Shown one piece after another: positions 1-9,011 of a stretch of 64,000 nucleotides of DNA. The translations under genes were made by a program, and so were the position numbers. The notes beneath the pieces are model-generated. The model ran no database searches. It saw only the letters and a list, made by a program, of their open reading frames with translations, and was not told the DNA's origin. Each line of letters begins with the position of its first letter. The stretch's first letter is position 1. Origin of the DNA: Candidatus Kerfeldbacteria bacterium (GTDB lineage Bacteria; Patescibacteriota; Patescibacteriia; UBA10025; JAHIVO01); the NCBI GenBank assembly GCA_047946875.1, contig CP181398.1, forward strand, positions 335,154 through 399,153. The letters are read 5' to 3'.

Positions 1-525
1 TTTGTTAAATCATCTGAAAAATTTTATTCTAATATTTTATTAAATGATATAATTTCTGACAGTTTTAATAATTCTATTGCATTTACTTTCGAAAAAGATG
101 CAATTGGTATGGTAAAAAAAGAGGGAGATAATTTTGTAATTTTACCATTTTCGTATATCAAAAATTCAATTTTAAATTTATTAGAAAATAATGAAATTAA
201 TCGTCCATATTTAGGTATAAATTATGTAAATCTTTCTTTAACCGTTAATCTAAGCACTGATTTATCAAATGGTGCAAAGAAAGGAATTTTAGTATATTCG
301 AATAATGAAGTAGATTATCCGAGTGTAGTAGAGGGTAGTCCAGCACACAAATCGGGAGTGAAGACTAATGATATTATTACTGCTATTGATGATCATGTGC
401 TGAATGGAAATACATTTTTTGGTAATATTATTTTAAGTTATGAACCACAAGATATTGTTACATTAAGTATTGTAAGGGGTGAAGAAGAAATAAAAATTAA
501 AGTTACGCTTGAAGAAATTTTATAA
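1..525 (+). CDS. HtrA/DegP-family serine protease, C-terminal PDZ-domain fragment (5' end outside window)
   Basis: Frame 1 is open from position 1 into ORF 109..525. The translation contains a PDZ-like segment (RPYLGINYV...GSPAHKSGVKTNDIITAIDDHVLNG...LSIVRGEEEIKIKV) typical of the HtrA C-terminus. Confidence 0.55.
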   Translation, partial: FVKSSEKFYSNILLNDIISDSFNNSIAFTFEKDAIGMVKKEGDNFVILPFSYIKNSILNLLENNEINRPYLGINYVNLSLTVNLSTDLSNGAKKGILVYSNNEVDYPSVVEGSPAHKSGVKTNDIITAIDDHVLNGNTFFGNIILSYEPQDIVTLSIVRGEEEIKIKVTLEEIL

Positions 526-536
526 ATTTTCATATT

Positions 537-2261
537 ATGATAAAAAGTAGATATTTATTCGGTATAGTTTTTTTAGGAATTATATTAATAATGAGTCCTG
601 ATATTGTTATGTCGGAAAATATTGATAATGTTACTGATAGTATAGTATTAAAACTAAATAATAATGATAAATTATATAAAATTGATTTAGCAGAGCATGA
701 GGATTATGAACAGTTAATTATTGATTTAGAAAATGAACCACAAATTGATTTTGTGCTACCAAACCATAAATATGAATTAGTTTTAACTCCAAACGATACA
801 CATTATAGTTCTGAGTGGTATTTGGATAAAATAAATGCGCCAACTGCCTGGGATTTTACTACTGGTAGCAATGAGGTAATTATTGCGGTTTTAGATACCG
901 GGGTAGATATTGATCATCCAGATTTGTTAACAAACATTTGGATTAATACAGATGAGATACCAGGTAATGGAATAGATGATGATTTGAATGGATTTATCGA
1001 TGACTATAATGGTTGGGATTTCGTAGGAGAGATTGCAGATCCGAATCCTAAATTTGATTCTGGATGGACTGAGTCTGGTATTCATCATGGGAGTGTAGTA
1101 GCTGGAACAGCGGCTGCTATTGGTAATAATGGTCTAGGGGTAGCAGGATTAACATGGAATGTAAAAATAATGCCAGTACGTGTACTTGATAGTGCTGGAG
1201 TGGGAGATACACGTGATGTATATGAGGGGATTAACTACGCGGTAAATAATGGAGCAGATTTTATTAATCTCAGTTTTGTTGGAAATAATCTTGATACATT
1301 ATTAGAAAACGGTATTAATAATGCCTGGTTAAATAATGTTACTATTTTTGCAGCTGCAGGTAATGACAATATAGATATGGATGTAAGTCCTCGTTATCCT
1401 GTATGTAACGAACATATTATCGGTGTAGGTGGAGTTGATCAAAATGATGTTAAATGGTCCAGAAATACCACTACAGGCTCAAATTATGGCGCTTGTGTTG
1501 ATATAGTAGCTCCAGCAACCGGTTTTATAAGTACGGCATTTTATGATCCTTCTAATAGTCTAAATTCGTATTATTTGAATGGATGGTCAGGAACTTCATT
1601 GTCAACACCATTAGTTTCGGCAGCAGCAGCTTTAGCAAAATCATTTGATATGTCAGCAACACCAGATCAAATTATACAAAGAATTTATGATGAATCTGTA
1701 AATATAAATTTTTTAAATACTGCTTATACTGGAAAATTAGGTAATGGTCGTTTGGATTTAGTAAATATTTTTTCATCTCCGATTAATACAACTTCATTAT
1801 ATGATATTATAACGGGTCTTGGAGCTGGGAGTACTCCACAAGTAAAAGTTTTTCAAGTTGATGGAACTCTAGAAACTGATTTTCTTGCCTATGTTTCAAG
1901 TTTTGAAGGAGGTGTTAGTGTAGCTGCTGGTGATCTTGATGGTGATGGCATAGATGAAATAGTTACCGGCGTTGGTAATGGTGGTGGTCCTCAAGTTAGA
2001 ACCTTTGATCGTTATGGTAATATTATTTTTACTCCAGGTTTCTTTGCTTATGGTGAGAACTTTCGTGGAGGAGTAAATGTAGCAGTTGGAGATTTGGACG
2101 GGGATGGATTAGCAGAAATTATTGCTGGAGCAGGTAATGGTGGTGGTCCTCAAGTTAGAACCTTTGATCGTTATGGGGTTGTTACTATTTCTAATGGATT
2201 CTTTGCTTACGATTTAGATTTAAGAGGTGGCGTTAAGGTTAATGTGATAAAAAGAAATTAA
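537..2261 (+). CDS. Secreted subtilisin-like serine protease (peptidase S8) with C-terminal FG-GAP/VCBS-like repeats
   Basis: N-terminal signal/TM segment. Catalytic triad motifs are present: AVLDTGVDIDHPDL (Asp), HGSVVAGTAAA (His), GTSLSTPLVSAAAALA (Ser). The C-terminus carries two tandem 53-aa repeats: GDLDGDGIDEIVTGVGNGGGPQVRTFDRYG. Confidence 0.8.
   Translation: MIKSRYLFGIVFLGIILIMSPDIVMSENIDNVTDSIVLKLNNNDKLYKIDLAEHEDYEQLIIDLENEPQIDFVLPNHKYELVLTPNDTHYSSEWYLDKINAPTAWDFTTGSNEVIIAVLDTGVDIDHPDLLTNIWINTDEIPGNGIDDDLNGFIDDYNGWDFVGEIADPNPKFDSGWTESGIHHGSVVAGTAAAIGNNGLGVAGLTWNVKIMPVRVLDSAGVGDTRDVYEGINYAVNNGADFINLSFVGNNLDTLLENGINNAWLNNVTIFAAAGNDNIDMDVSPRYPVCNEHIIGVGGVDQNDVKWSRNTTTGSNYGACVDIVAPATGFISTAFYDPSNSLNSYYLNGWSGTSLSTPLVSAAAALAKSFDMSATPDQIIQRIYDESVNINFLNTAYTGKLGNGRLDLVNIFSSPINTTSLYDIITGLGAGSTPQVKVFQVDGTLETDFLAYVSSFEGGVSVAAGDLDGDGIDEIVTGVGNGGGPQVRTFDRYGNIIFTPGFFAYGENFRGGVNVAVGDLDGDGLAEIIAGAGNGGGPQVRTFDRYGVVTISNGFFAYDLDLRGGVKVNVIKRN
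1908..2225 (+). repeat. Intragenic tandem duplication, 159-nt period with two copies, encoding FG-GAP-like repeats of the S8 protease
   Basis: Copy 1 starts at 1908 and copy 2 at 2067. A 44-nt identical core (ggtaatggtggtggtcctcaagttagaacctttgatcgttatgg) occurs at 1975-2018 and 2135-2178. Confidence 0.8.
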
Positions 2262-2711
2262 ATGAGTTTTTGGGATAAAGTAGAAAATATTGAGTTAGTT
2301 AAGAAGAATCCCAATTTATTTGAATTTTTTAAATTTTCTGTCGTTGGTATTTTAGGAACGATAGTTGATTTTGGTATTTATGCAATATTAACTAGAGTGT
2401 TTGGTGTCTACTATATTATTGCTACTGCAATAAGTGTTTTTTTAGCAATTATTAATAATTTCTTTTTAAATAAATATTGGACATTTAAAAAAGGTAAAAG
2501 TGGTAAAACTAACTCTGAATATTTTAAATTTTTCATAGTTAGTGTTGTTAATTATTTCTTAAATATAGGTATTACGTATTATATTGTAGAATATACTTCA
2601 TCTGAGAATATGTTTGGCCAAGGGGAAGATTTTTTTGCAAAAGTGGTTGCTATAGCAATAGTGTTATTTAGTAATTATTTTGGCAATAAATATTGGACTT
2701 TTAAAGATTAG
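2262..2711 (+). CDS. GtrA-family membrane protein (polyprenyl-phosphate-sugar flippase-like)
   Basis: 149 aa with 4 predicted TM helices. GtrA signatures FKFSVVGILGTIVDFGIY and a C-terminal NKYWTFK motif, repeated as NKYWTFKD. Start codon abuts the protease stop. Confidence 0.7.
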   Translation: MSFWDKVENIELVKKNPNLFEFFKFSVVGILGTIVDFGIYAILTRVFGVYYIIATAISVFLAIINNFFLNKYWTFKKGKSGKTNSEYFKFFIVSVVNYFLNIGITYYIVEYTSSENMFGQGEDFFAKVVAIAIVLFSNYFGNKYWTFKD

Positions 2712-2761
2712 AACCAATAAAAAATACTTGCAAAATAAGCATTTTTTTGTTATAGTGAGTT

Positions 2762-3481
2762 ATGAATAAATTACTGACAATTATTATTCCGGCATATAAT
2801 GAGGCGGAAAGAATAGGCAATACGCTTGATAAATATCTTGAGTTTTATCAAGAAAAAAACATTGAATTTTTGATAGTCTTGAATGGCTGTACGGATGATA
2901 CGTTAAGTATAGTGAATAAGTTCAAAGAAGAGCATCCTGATCGTATTAGAATAATTAATATTAAGGAAGCTATTGGTAAAGGCGGGGCCGTAAGGGAAGG
3001 TTTTAACCATTCAAAAGCAGATTTTATAGGATATTTAGATGCTGACGGCTCAACTTCTCCAGAGGAATTCAAAAAAATTATTGATGGTATCGAAGGAATT
3101 GATGGAACTATAGCATCTAGATGGAAAAAAGGTTCAAAAATTGTTGGGGCTAATCTTCTTAGGGAAATAGTAAGTATTAGTTTCATTTCATTTGTAAAAT
3201 TGCTATTTTTCATGCCATTTATTGATACACAATGTGGTGCGAAAATTTTTAAAAAAGAGGTGATTAAGGATGTGTTGGCGAGTTTAGAAATTAATAATAT
3301 GTCCTTTGATGTTGAATTATTATTTCGAATACATCAGGCTGGATATAAGGTGAAGGAAATACCAACTATTTGGATAGATAATAGTGATAGTTCGGCCGCT
3401 CTGGGTACACCTCTTAATTTATTAAAGACTGGATTTAATATGTTTATTACTTTGATAAAAATAAGGTTTAGGAAAATATAA
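2762..3481 (+). CDS. GT2 polyprenol-phosphate glycosyltransferase (DPM1/GtrB/ArnC-like)
   Basis: IIIPAYNEAERI N-terminus, DADGS (DXD) motif and a C-terminal amphipathic/TM region; 239 aa, typical of the Dol-P/Und-P sugar synthase subfamily. Confidence 0.75.
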   Translation: MNKLLTIIIPAYNEAERIGNTLDKYLEFYQEKNIEFLIVLNGCTDDTLSIVNKFKEEHPDRIRIINIKEAIGKGGAVREGFNHSKADFIGYLDADGSTSPEEFKKIIDGIEGIDGTIASRWKKGSKIVGANLLREIVSISFISFVKLLFFMPFIDTQCGAKIFKKEVIKDVLASLEINNMSFDVELLFRIHQAGYKVKEIPTIWIDNSDSSAALGTPLNLLKTGFNMFITLIKIRFRKI

Positions 3482-3483
3482 AT

Positions 3484-4521
3484 ATGGCTATAAAAAAAAT
3501 ATTAGAACGAAAAAATATTCTCGTAACAGGAGGAGCTGGTTTTATCGGCTCGCACCTTTGTGATGAATTAGTAAAAGAAAATAATGTTATTTGTTTAGAT
3601 AATTTTTCTTCGGGTAAAGTTGAAAATATTAATCATTTATTACAAAATCAAAATTTTGAATTAATTAAACATGATATAAACAAAAAAATTAATTTAGAAG
3701 ATTTTCGTGAATTAGATAAATTTAAAGTTAAGTTTCAAGGGATTGATGAGATATATCATCTAGCAACTCCTACATCACCGAAGAATTTTGATAAATATAA
3801 AATAGACACGCTAAAGACAAATAGTATTGGTGTAATTAATGCACTTGAAGTAGCAAAAAAGCATAAAGCAAAATTTTTATTAGCTTCATCTGTAGTAGTT
3901 TATGGGCCTAGGTTTGAGAATGCGCCAATTTTTACTGAGGATTACCTTGGTTATGTAGATATTACTGGTCAGAGAAGTTGTTATGATGAAGGAAAAAGAT
4001 TTTCAGAAAGTGCTGTAGCTACATACAATCAAGCATATAACTTGGAAGCAAAGATTGCTAGAGTATTTCGTACATATGGACCTCGCTTATCATTATTTGA
4101 TGGTCATATGATACCAGATTTTGTTTTACAAGCAATTAATAATAAACCATTACAAATTTATGGTGGAGAAGAATTTACTACATCTTTATGTTATGTGTCT
4201 GATATTGTTGATGGTTTAATGAAATTTATGAAGTCAACTGAGATTGGTCCATTTAATTTTGGTCATTATGAAGAGTATAAAATGTCGGATGTAGCAGAAA
4301 AAATTAAGAAAATGATTAATTCTAAGTCTGAGATTGAATTTAAAGAGTCGATGGTATTTATGACTCCACTTGGTATTCCTGACATATCTTTAGCGAAGCA
4401 AAAATTAGGTTGGTACCCTTTAACATCACTTGATAGTGGTTTAGAAAGAACTATTGAATATGTTAAAGCAAGTAAAGATATTCTTAGTCCAATGCTTTGG
4501 AAGTATGAAGATAAAGATTAG
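3484..4521 (+). CDS. NAD-dependent sugar-nucleotide SDR, UDP-glucuronate decarboxylase (UDP-xylose synthase)-like
   Basis: VTGGAGFIGSHLCDEL Rossmann motif, NFELIKHDI resembling the UXS motif, and a YxxxK catalytic pair; it sits two genes upstream of a UDP-sugar 6-dehydrogenase. Confidence 0.6.
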   Translation: MAIKKILERKNILVTGGAGFIGSHLCDELVKENNVICLDNFSSGKVENINHLLQNQNFELIKHDINKKINLEDFRELDKFKVKFQGIDEIYHLATPTSPKNFDKYKIDTLKTNSIGVINALEVAKKHKAKFLLASSVVVYGPRFENAPIFTEDYLGYVDITGQRSCYDEGKRFSESAVATYNQAYNLEAKIARVFRTYGPRLSLFDGHMIPDFVLQAINNKPLQIYGGEEFTTSLCYVSDIVDGLMKFMKSTEIGPFNFGHYEEYKMSDVAEKIKKMINSKSEIEFKESMVFMTPLGIPDISLAKQKLGWYPLTSLDSGLERTIEYVKASKDILSPMLWKYEDKD

Positions 4522-4563
4522 ATTACTTTGATAATACAATTAACTAAAAAAACGAAATAATTT

Positions 4564-5541
4564 ATGAAGAAAACTGCATTAATAACTGGAATTTTAGGTC
4601 AAGATGGACCTTATTTAGCAAAGTTATTGCTAGAAAAAGATTATAAAGTGTATGGATTAATACGACGTTATTCTAATACTAATTTTTCAAATCTTGACTA
4701 TCTGGAGATAACAGAACAAGTTGAATATTTAACAGGTGATATAACAGACGAAGCGTCCATAATGCAAATAATTAAAACTATTAAACCTGACGAGGTGTAT
4801 AATTTAGCTGCTCAGTCTTTTGTTGGATCTTCATGGGATCTTGCTAAGCAGACTACAGAAACTAATGCTATTGGTGTTTTGTACCTTTTAAATGCAATTA
4901 AATTTTTTAGTCCAAGTTCAAAATTTTATCAAGCATCAACCAGTGAAATGTTTGGCAATGTATTAAAAAAAGATACAGATATAATTACAGAAGATACACC
5001 ATTTCATCCAACCAGTCCTTATGCTATAGCTAAGCTATATTCGTATTGGTTATCAATAAATTACAGGGATAGCTATGGTATTTTTACTTGCAATGGTATT
5101 TTATTTAATCACGAGTCTCCAATTAGAGGTATGGAATTTGTTACTAGAAAGATATCAGATGGAGTAGCTCGTATAAAATTAAATTTATCTAATGAAATAA
5201 GTCTTGGTAATACGGATAGTCAAAGAGATTGGGGATTTGCAGGAGATTTTGTCGAAGCTATGTATCTAATGCTACAAAAGGATAAACCAGGTGACTATTT
5301 ACTTAGTACAGGAGAAACACATTCAATTAAAGATTTTTTGAAAATTTCTTTTGATCATGTTGGTATAAAAGATTGGGAGAAATATATCAAAATTGATCCA
5401 AAATATAAAAGACCATCAGATCTCAAGGTTTTAAAGAGTGACAGTTCAAAATCACAAAAAGAATTAAATTGGAAGCCAAAAGTTTCATTCAAAGAATTGG
5501 TGGAAATGATGGTTGATGCGGATATTAAAAGGCTATCTTAA
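4564..5541 (+). CDS. gmd: GDP-mannose 4,6-dehydratase
   Basis: ALITGILGQDGPYLAKLLLEKDYKVYGLIRR, NLAAQSFV, SPYAIAKLYSYWLSINYRDSYGIFTCNGILFNHESPIRG: near-canonical Gmd motifs. Confidence 0.85.
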   Translation: MKKTALITGILGQDGPYLAKLLLEKDYKVYGLIRRYSNTNFSNLDYLEITEQVEYLTGDITDEASIMQIIKTIKPDEVYNLAAQSFVGSSWDLAKQTTETNAIGVLYLLNAIKFFSPSSKFYQASTSEMFGNVLKKDTDIITEDTPFHPTSPYAIAKLYSYWLSINYRDSYGIFTCNGILFNHESPIRGMEFVTRKISDGVARIKLNLSNEISLGNTDSQRDWGFAGDFVEAMYLMLQKDKPGDYLLSTGETHSIKDFLKISFDHVGIKDWEKYIKIDPKYKRPSDLKVLKSDSSKSQKELNWKPKVSFKELVEMMVDADIKRLS

Positions 5542-5594
5542 AATATTAGCAATAAATATTATATTGTGAAAATATACATAAAGTAAAAATAAGT

Positions 5595-6917
5595 ATGAAA
5601 AAAACTGTTAAAAAAAGAAAAACTACAAAAAGTAAAAAATATAAGGGAATAGTCACTGTGATTGGATTAGGTTATGTTGGATTACCGTTAGCATGCTTAT
5701 GTGTAGAAAAAGGTTACAAAACATTTGGCGTTGCAATCGATCGTAAGAAAATAAACATGATTAATAGAGGTGAGAACCCTTTGACAGATGAACCAGAGCT
5801 AAATCAAATTATTGCAAAAAAATTAATTTCAGCAGATACTTCATTCGAAAATGTATCAAAGTCTGACGTGATAGTAATATGTGTACCTACTCCAGTCGAT
5901 AAACTTCATCATCCAGATTTAACACCAGTGAAGTCAGCATCTAAAAGTGTTTCTAAATATTTAAAAAAGGGGCAGTTAGTAGTAATTGAATCAACTATTA
6001 ACCCTGGGGTTTGTCAAGAAATTGTTCAACCAATAATAGATAAAGAATCAGGTATGGAAGCTGGAAAAGATTATTTTTTAGCTCATTCACCAGAAAGAGT
6101 GAATCCAGGCGATCCGGTATGGAAAGTTAGAAATATTCCAAGAGTTGTAGGAGCAATATCAAAAAAGGGACTAAAAGTAGCACTTAAATTTTATGGTAAT
6201 ATTTTGGATGGAAGTGTAAGAGGTATGAAATCAATTAAAGAAGCCGAAGCGACTAAAGTAATTGAAAACTCATTTAGAGATATAAATATTGCTTTCGTAA
6301 ACGAATTAGCAAAATCTTTTGATAAGCTTGGTATTGATTTGTATGACACTTTAGAGGGGGCAAGTACAAAACCTTTTGCATATTTACCTCATTGGCCTTC
6401 TATTGGTGTAGGCGGTCACTGTATTCCTGTTGATCCATACTATTTAATAGAAAGAGCTAAGCTAGCTGGGTTTGACCATAAATTTTTAAAGATGTCTCGT
6501 GAGATAAACAACAGTATGCCAAAATATGCTGTTGGACTGTTATCAAAAATGTTAAACAAAATATCTAGGCCAATGATGAATACTTCTGTAGGCGTACTTG
6601 GTTTGTCATATAAAGCTAATGTGGGGGATATTAGAGAAAGTCCTTCTCTTGAAGTTATAAAATTGTTACAAGAACATGGATCTAAGGTGGAAATATTTGA
6701 TCCATATTTCCAGGATAAATCTACTGTGAATAGTCTTGAAGATTTGTTAAAAAAAGTTGATGTTATTGTAGTAGCTACTAATCACAAGGAGTTTGTGAAT
6801 ATAAGCAGTACGCTTTTAAAGAAATATAAAATTAAAATGGTATTGGATGGCAAGAATTGTCTAGATAAAGCTAAGATACAAAAAGCTAAAATTATTTATA
6901 AGGGTATTGGAAGATAA
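5595..6917 (+). CDS. Nucleotide-sugar 6-dehydrogenase (UDP-glucose / UDP-ManNAc dehydrogenase family)
   Basis: N-terminal VIGLGYVGLPLA Rossmann motif and catalytic-Cys motif GGHCIPVDPYYL; 440 aa. Confidence 0.75.
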   Translation: MKKTVKKRKTTKSKKYKGIVTVIGLGYVGLPLACLCVEKGYKTFGVAIDRKKINMINRGENPLTDEPELNQIIAKKLISADTSFENVSKSDVIVICVPTPVDKLHHPDLTPVKSASKSVSKYLKKGQLVVIESTINPGVCQEIVQPIIDKESGMEAGKDYFLAHSPERVNPGDPVWKVRNIPRVVGAISKKGLKVALKFYGNILDGSVRGMKSIKEAEATKVIENSFRDINIAFVNELAKSFDKLGIDLYDTLEGASTKPFAYLPHWPSIGVGGHCIPVDPYYLIERAKLAGFDHKFLKMSREINNSMPKYAVGLLSKMLNKISRPMMNTSVGVLGLSYKANVGDIRESPSLEVIKLLQEHGSKVEIFDPYFQDKSTVNSLEDLLKKVDVIVVATNHKEFVNISSTLLKKYKIKMVLDGKNCLDKAKIQKAKIIYKGIGR

Positions 6918-7579
6918 TGAAAACCGTAGCTGTAATACCAGCATTTAATGAGGGTAATAGGATAAAAGAAGTTTTACAAAAAACTTCTCAATATGTAGAT
7001 AAAATTATTTTAGTTGATGATGGTTCCGGAGATAATACTTTTTTTGCAGCTTCTCAAGTAAGTAATAAAATAATCCCAATTAAACACAAAATAAATATAG
7101 GTAAAGGTGCTGCTATGAAAACTGGTTGTGAGGCAGCTCTAAAAATTTCAGCAGATATAATTATTTTTGTTGATGCAGACGGTCAGCATAGACCGGAAGA
7201 ATTACCAAATTTTATTAATAAGATTGAAGAAGAAAATTTTGATATAGTATTTGGAGCAAGAAAAATAGGTAAAGATATGCCACTTGTTATGATGCTTGGT
7301 AATAAATTTCTATCAATTGCTACATCATTATTATTTGGAATATACGTGTCTGATACTCAGAGTGGCTTTCGAGCTTTTAAAGCATCAGTTTACGATAAAA
7401 TTAAATGGAATTCAACTCGTTATTCGGTAGAAACTGAAATAATTGTTAATACAGGTAAGAATAAATTAAAGTTTAGTGAAATTGAAATAGAGACAATCTA
7501 TAATGATGATCATAAAGGTACGACCATCTTAGATGGGATAAGAATATTTATTAATATGTTAACTTGGAGAATATTATGA
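6917..7579 (+). CDS. GT2 polyprenol-phosphate glycosyltransferase (DPM1/ArnC-like), second copy
   Basis: VIPAFNEGNRI, VDDGSGDNT, DADGQH motifs; 220 aa, with start overlapping the dehydrogenase stop. Confidence 0.75.
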   Translation: MKTVAVIPAFNEGNRIKEVLQKTSQYVDKIILVDDGSGDNTFFAASQVSNKIIPIKHKINIGKGAAMKTGCEAALKISADIIIFVDADGQHRPEELPNFINKIEEENFDIVFGARKIGKDMPLVMMLGNKFLSIATSLLFGIYVSDTQSGFRAFKASVYDKIKWNSTRYSVETEIIVNTGKNKLKFSEIEIETIYNDDHKGTTILDGIRIFINMLTWRIL

Positions 7580-7902
7580 TAGGTATACAATTAGTAGCAA
7601 TAATTTTTGCAATATGGATGATATATTTTAGTTACCTACATTTTCGTAGGGGTGAGTTTAAAAAAATTGAATTTATTTTATGGCAGGTGTTGTGGTTTGG
7701 CTTGATAGTTGTTGTATTATTCCCAATTAGTGTAAAATTCTTATTAGACACCTTTAGTATTACTAGAACTTTTGATTTAGTTGTTATTGTAAGTGCGGTA
7801 GTATTATTTGGTGTTACTTTCAGAAATTATGTAATAACTAGAAGAATGGAAAAGAAAATTGAAAGATTTATGAGAAAGGAAGCAATAAAAGATATAAAAT
7901 GA
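7564..7902 (+). CDS. Small 3-TM membrane protein, DUF2304-like partner of the DPM1-like GT2
   Basis: 112 aa, hydrophobic, overlaps the preceding GT2 by 16 nt. The size, topology and position match the DUF2304 proteins that accompany ArnC-like GT2s. The DUF2304 assignment is from memory and not verified. Confidence 0.35.
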   Translation: MENIMIGIQLVAIIFAIWMIYFSYLHFRRGEFKKIEFILWQVLWFGLIVVVLFPISVKFLLDTFSITRTFDLVVIVSAVVLFGVTFRNYVITRRMEKKIERFMRKEAIKDIK

Positions 7903-9011
7903 AGATTTTATACGTATTAGAATATTATTATCCACATGTTGGTGGCGTAGAGATATTATTTCAAAAGTTAGCAGAAGAAGCGGCTAAGAAAAAAAATCTA
8001 GTAAGGGTAATAACTATGAAATTACCCAATTCTTTAGCTAACGAACATTACAATGGAGTAGAAATTAAAAGATTATGGGTTCCGAATATTGGATCGAGGT
8101 ACTGGTTTACTATATTAGCTTTTTTTAAATTATTATTTTTTGCTAATAAATTTGATATTATCCATACTACCACATATAATGCAGCGTTACCGGCATGGTT
8201 AATAGCTAAGATTTTTAGAAAGAAAATAATTATAACAATACATGAGGTATGGGGTAGGATGTGGATGCAGATACCAGATATGTCATACATTTCAAAAATG
8301 ATTCATCGTTTATATGAATTTATAGTTGTAAATATACCGTATGACAAAATAGTTACGGATTCATTTTTTACTAAAAAAATTATTAAAAAAGATAATGTAC
8401 AAACAATACATTGTGGAGTTGATAATGAATTATTCTCAAGAGAAAAGAATGAAGGCAAGTCACTAGAAGTAAAGAAAAAATTATGTTTAAGACAAAGTTA
8501 TGTTGCTTTGTATTTTGGAAGACCTGGTTGGGCAAAAGGATTAGAGTATTTTATTAATGCAATTCCACAAATAAAAAGTCAAATTCCTAATTTTAAGACA
8601 GTTTTGCTTATATCAAGAGATCCAATTGTAAAATATAATAGTATTGTTGAAAACATTAATACACTGCAAATCCAAAAAGACGTACTATTACTTGATCCTG
8701 TACCAAGAGGTGATGTGCCTTCATATTTAATGATAGCAGATTGTGTAGTTGTGCCTTCAATTTCAGAGGGTTTTGGATTTAATGTTGCCGAAGCTAGTGC
8801 TTTAGAAATACCGATAGTGGCTACAAATGCTGGTTCTATACCAGAAGTAATTTCTGGTAAAAATATCCTTGTTAAACCGCAAAACTCAGATGAATTAGCA
8901 TTGGGAGTCATCAATATGTATAAAAACCGTCAGGTTAGTTTTTGGGATAAAAAAAAATTTAGCTGGGAAAAAGCAGTTAATGATTATTTAAAAGCATATC
9001 AATCTTTATGA
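7899..9011 (+). CDS. GT4 (GT-B) glycosyltransferase
   Basis: C-terminal EGFGFNVAEASALEIPIVATNAGSIPEVI (E-X7-E GT4 motif). Confidence 0.75.
   Translation: MKILYVLEYYYPHVGGVEILFQKLAEEAAKKKNLVRVITMKLPNSLANEHYNGVEIKRLWVPNIGSRYWFTILAFFKLLFFANKFDIIHTTTYNAALPAWLIAKIFRKKIIITIHEVWGRMWMQIPDMSYISKMIHRLYEFIVVNIPYDKIVTDSFFTKKIIKKDNVQTIHCGVDNELFSREKNEGKSLEVKKKLCLRQSYVALYFGRPGWAKGLEYFINAIPQIKSQIPNFKTVLLISRDPIVKYNSIVENINTLQIQKDVLLLDPVPRGDVPSYLMIADCVVVPSISEGFGFNVAEASALEIPIVATNAGSIPEVISGKNILVKPQNSDELALGVINMYKNRQVSFWDKKKFSWEKAVNDYLKAYQSL

Noticed and set aside
2848-3213. Antisense/shadow ORFs inside confirmed genes. Examples: 2848..3213-, 8048..8290-, 8579..8914-, 13865..14071+, 15983..16165+, 16277..16624+, 17463..17660+, 18264..18686+, 20166..20408+, 26441..26915+, 27450..27722+.
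   Set aside because: Each lies fully within a well-supported CDS on the opposite strand, has low-complexity or hydrophobic junk-like composition and no motifs. These are typical spurious ORFs in AT-rich DNA.
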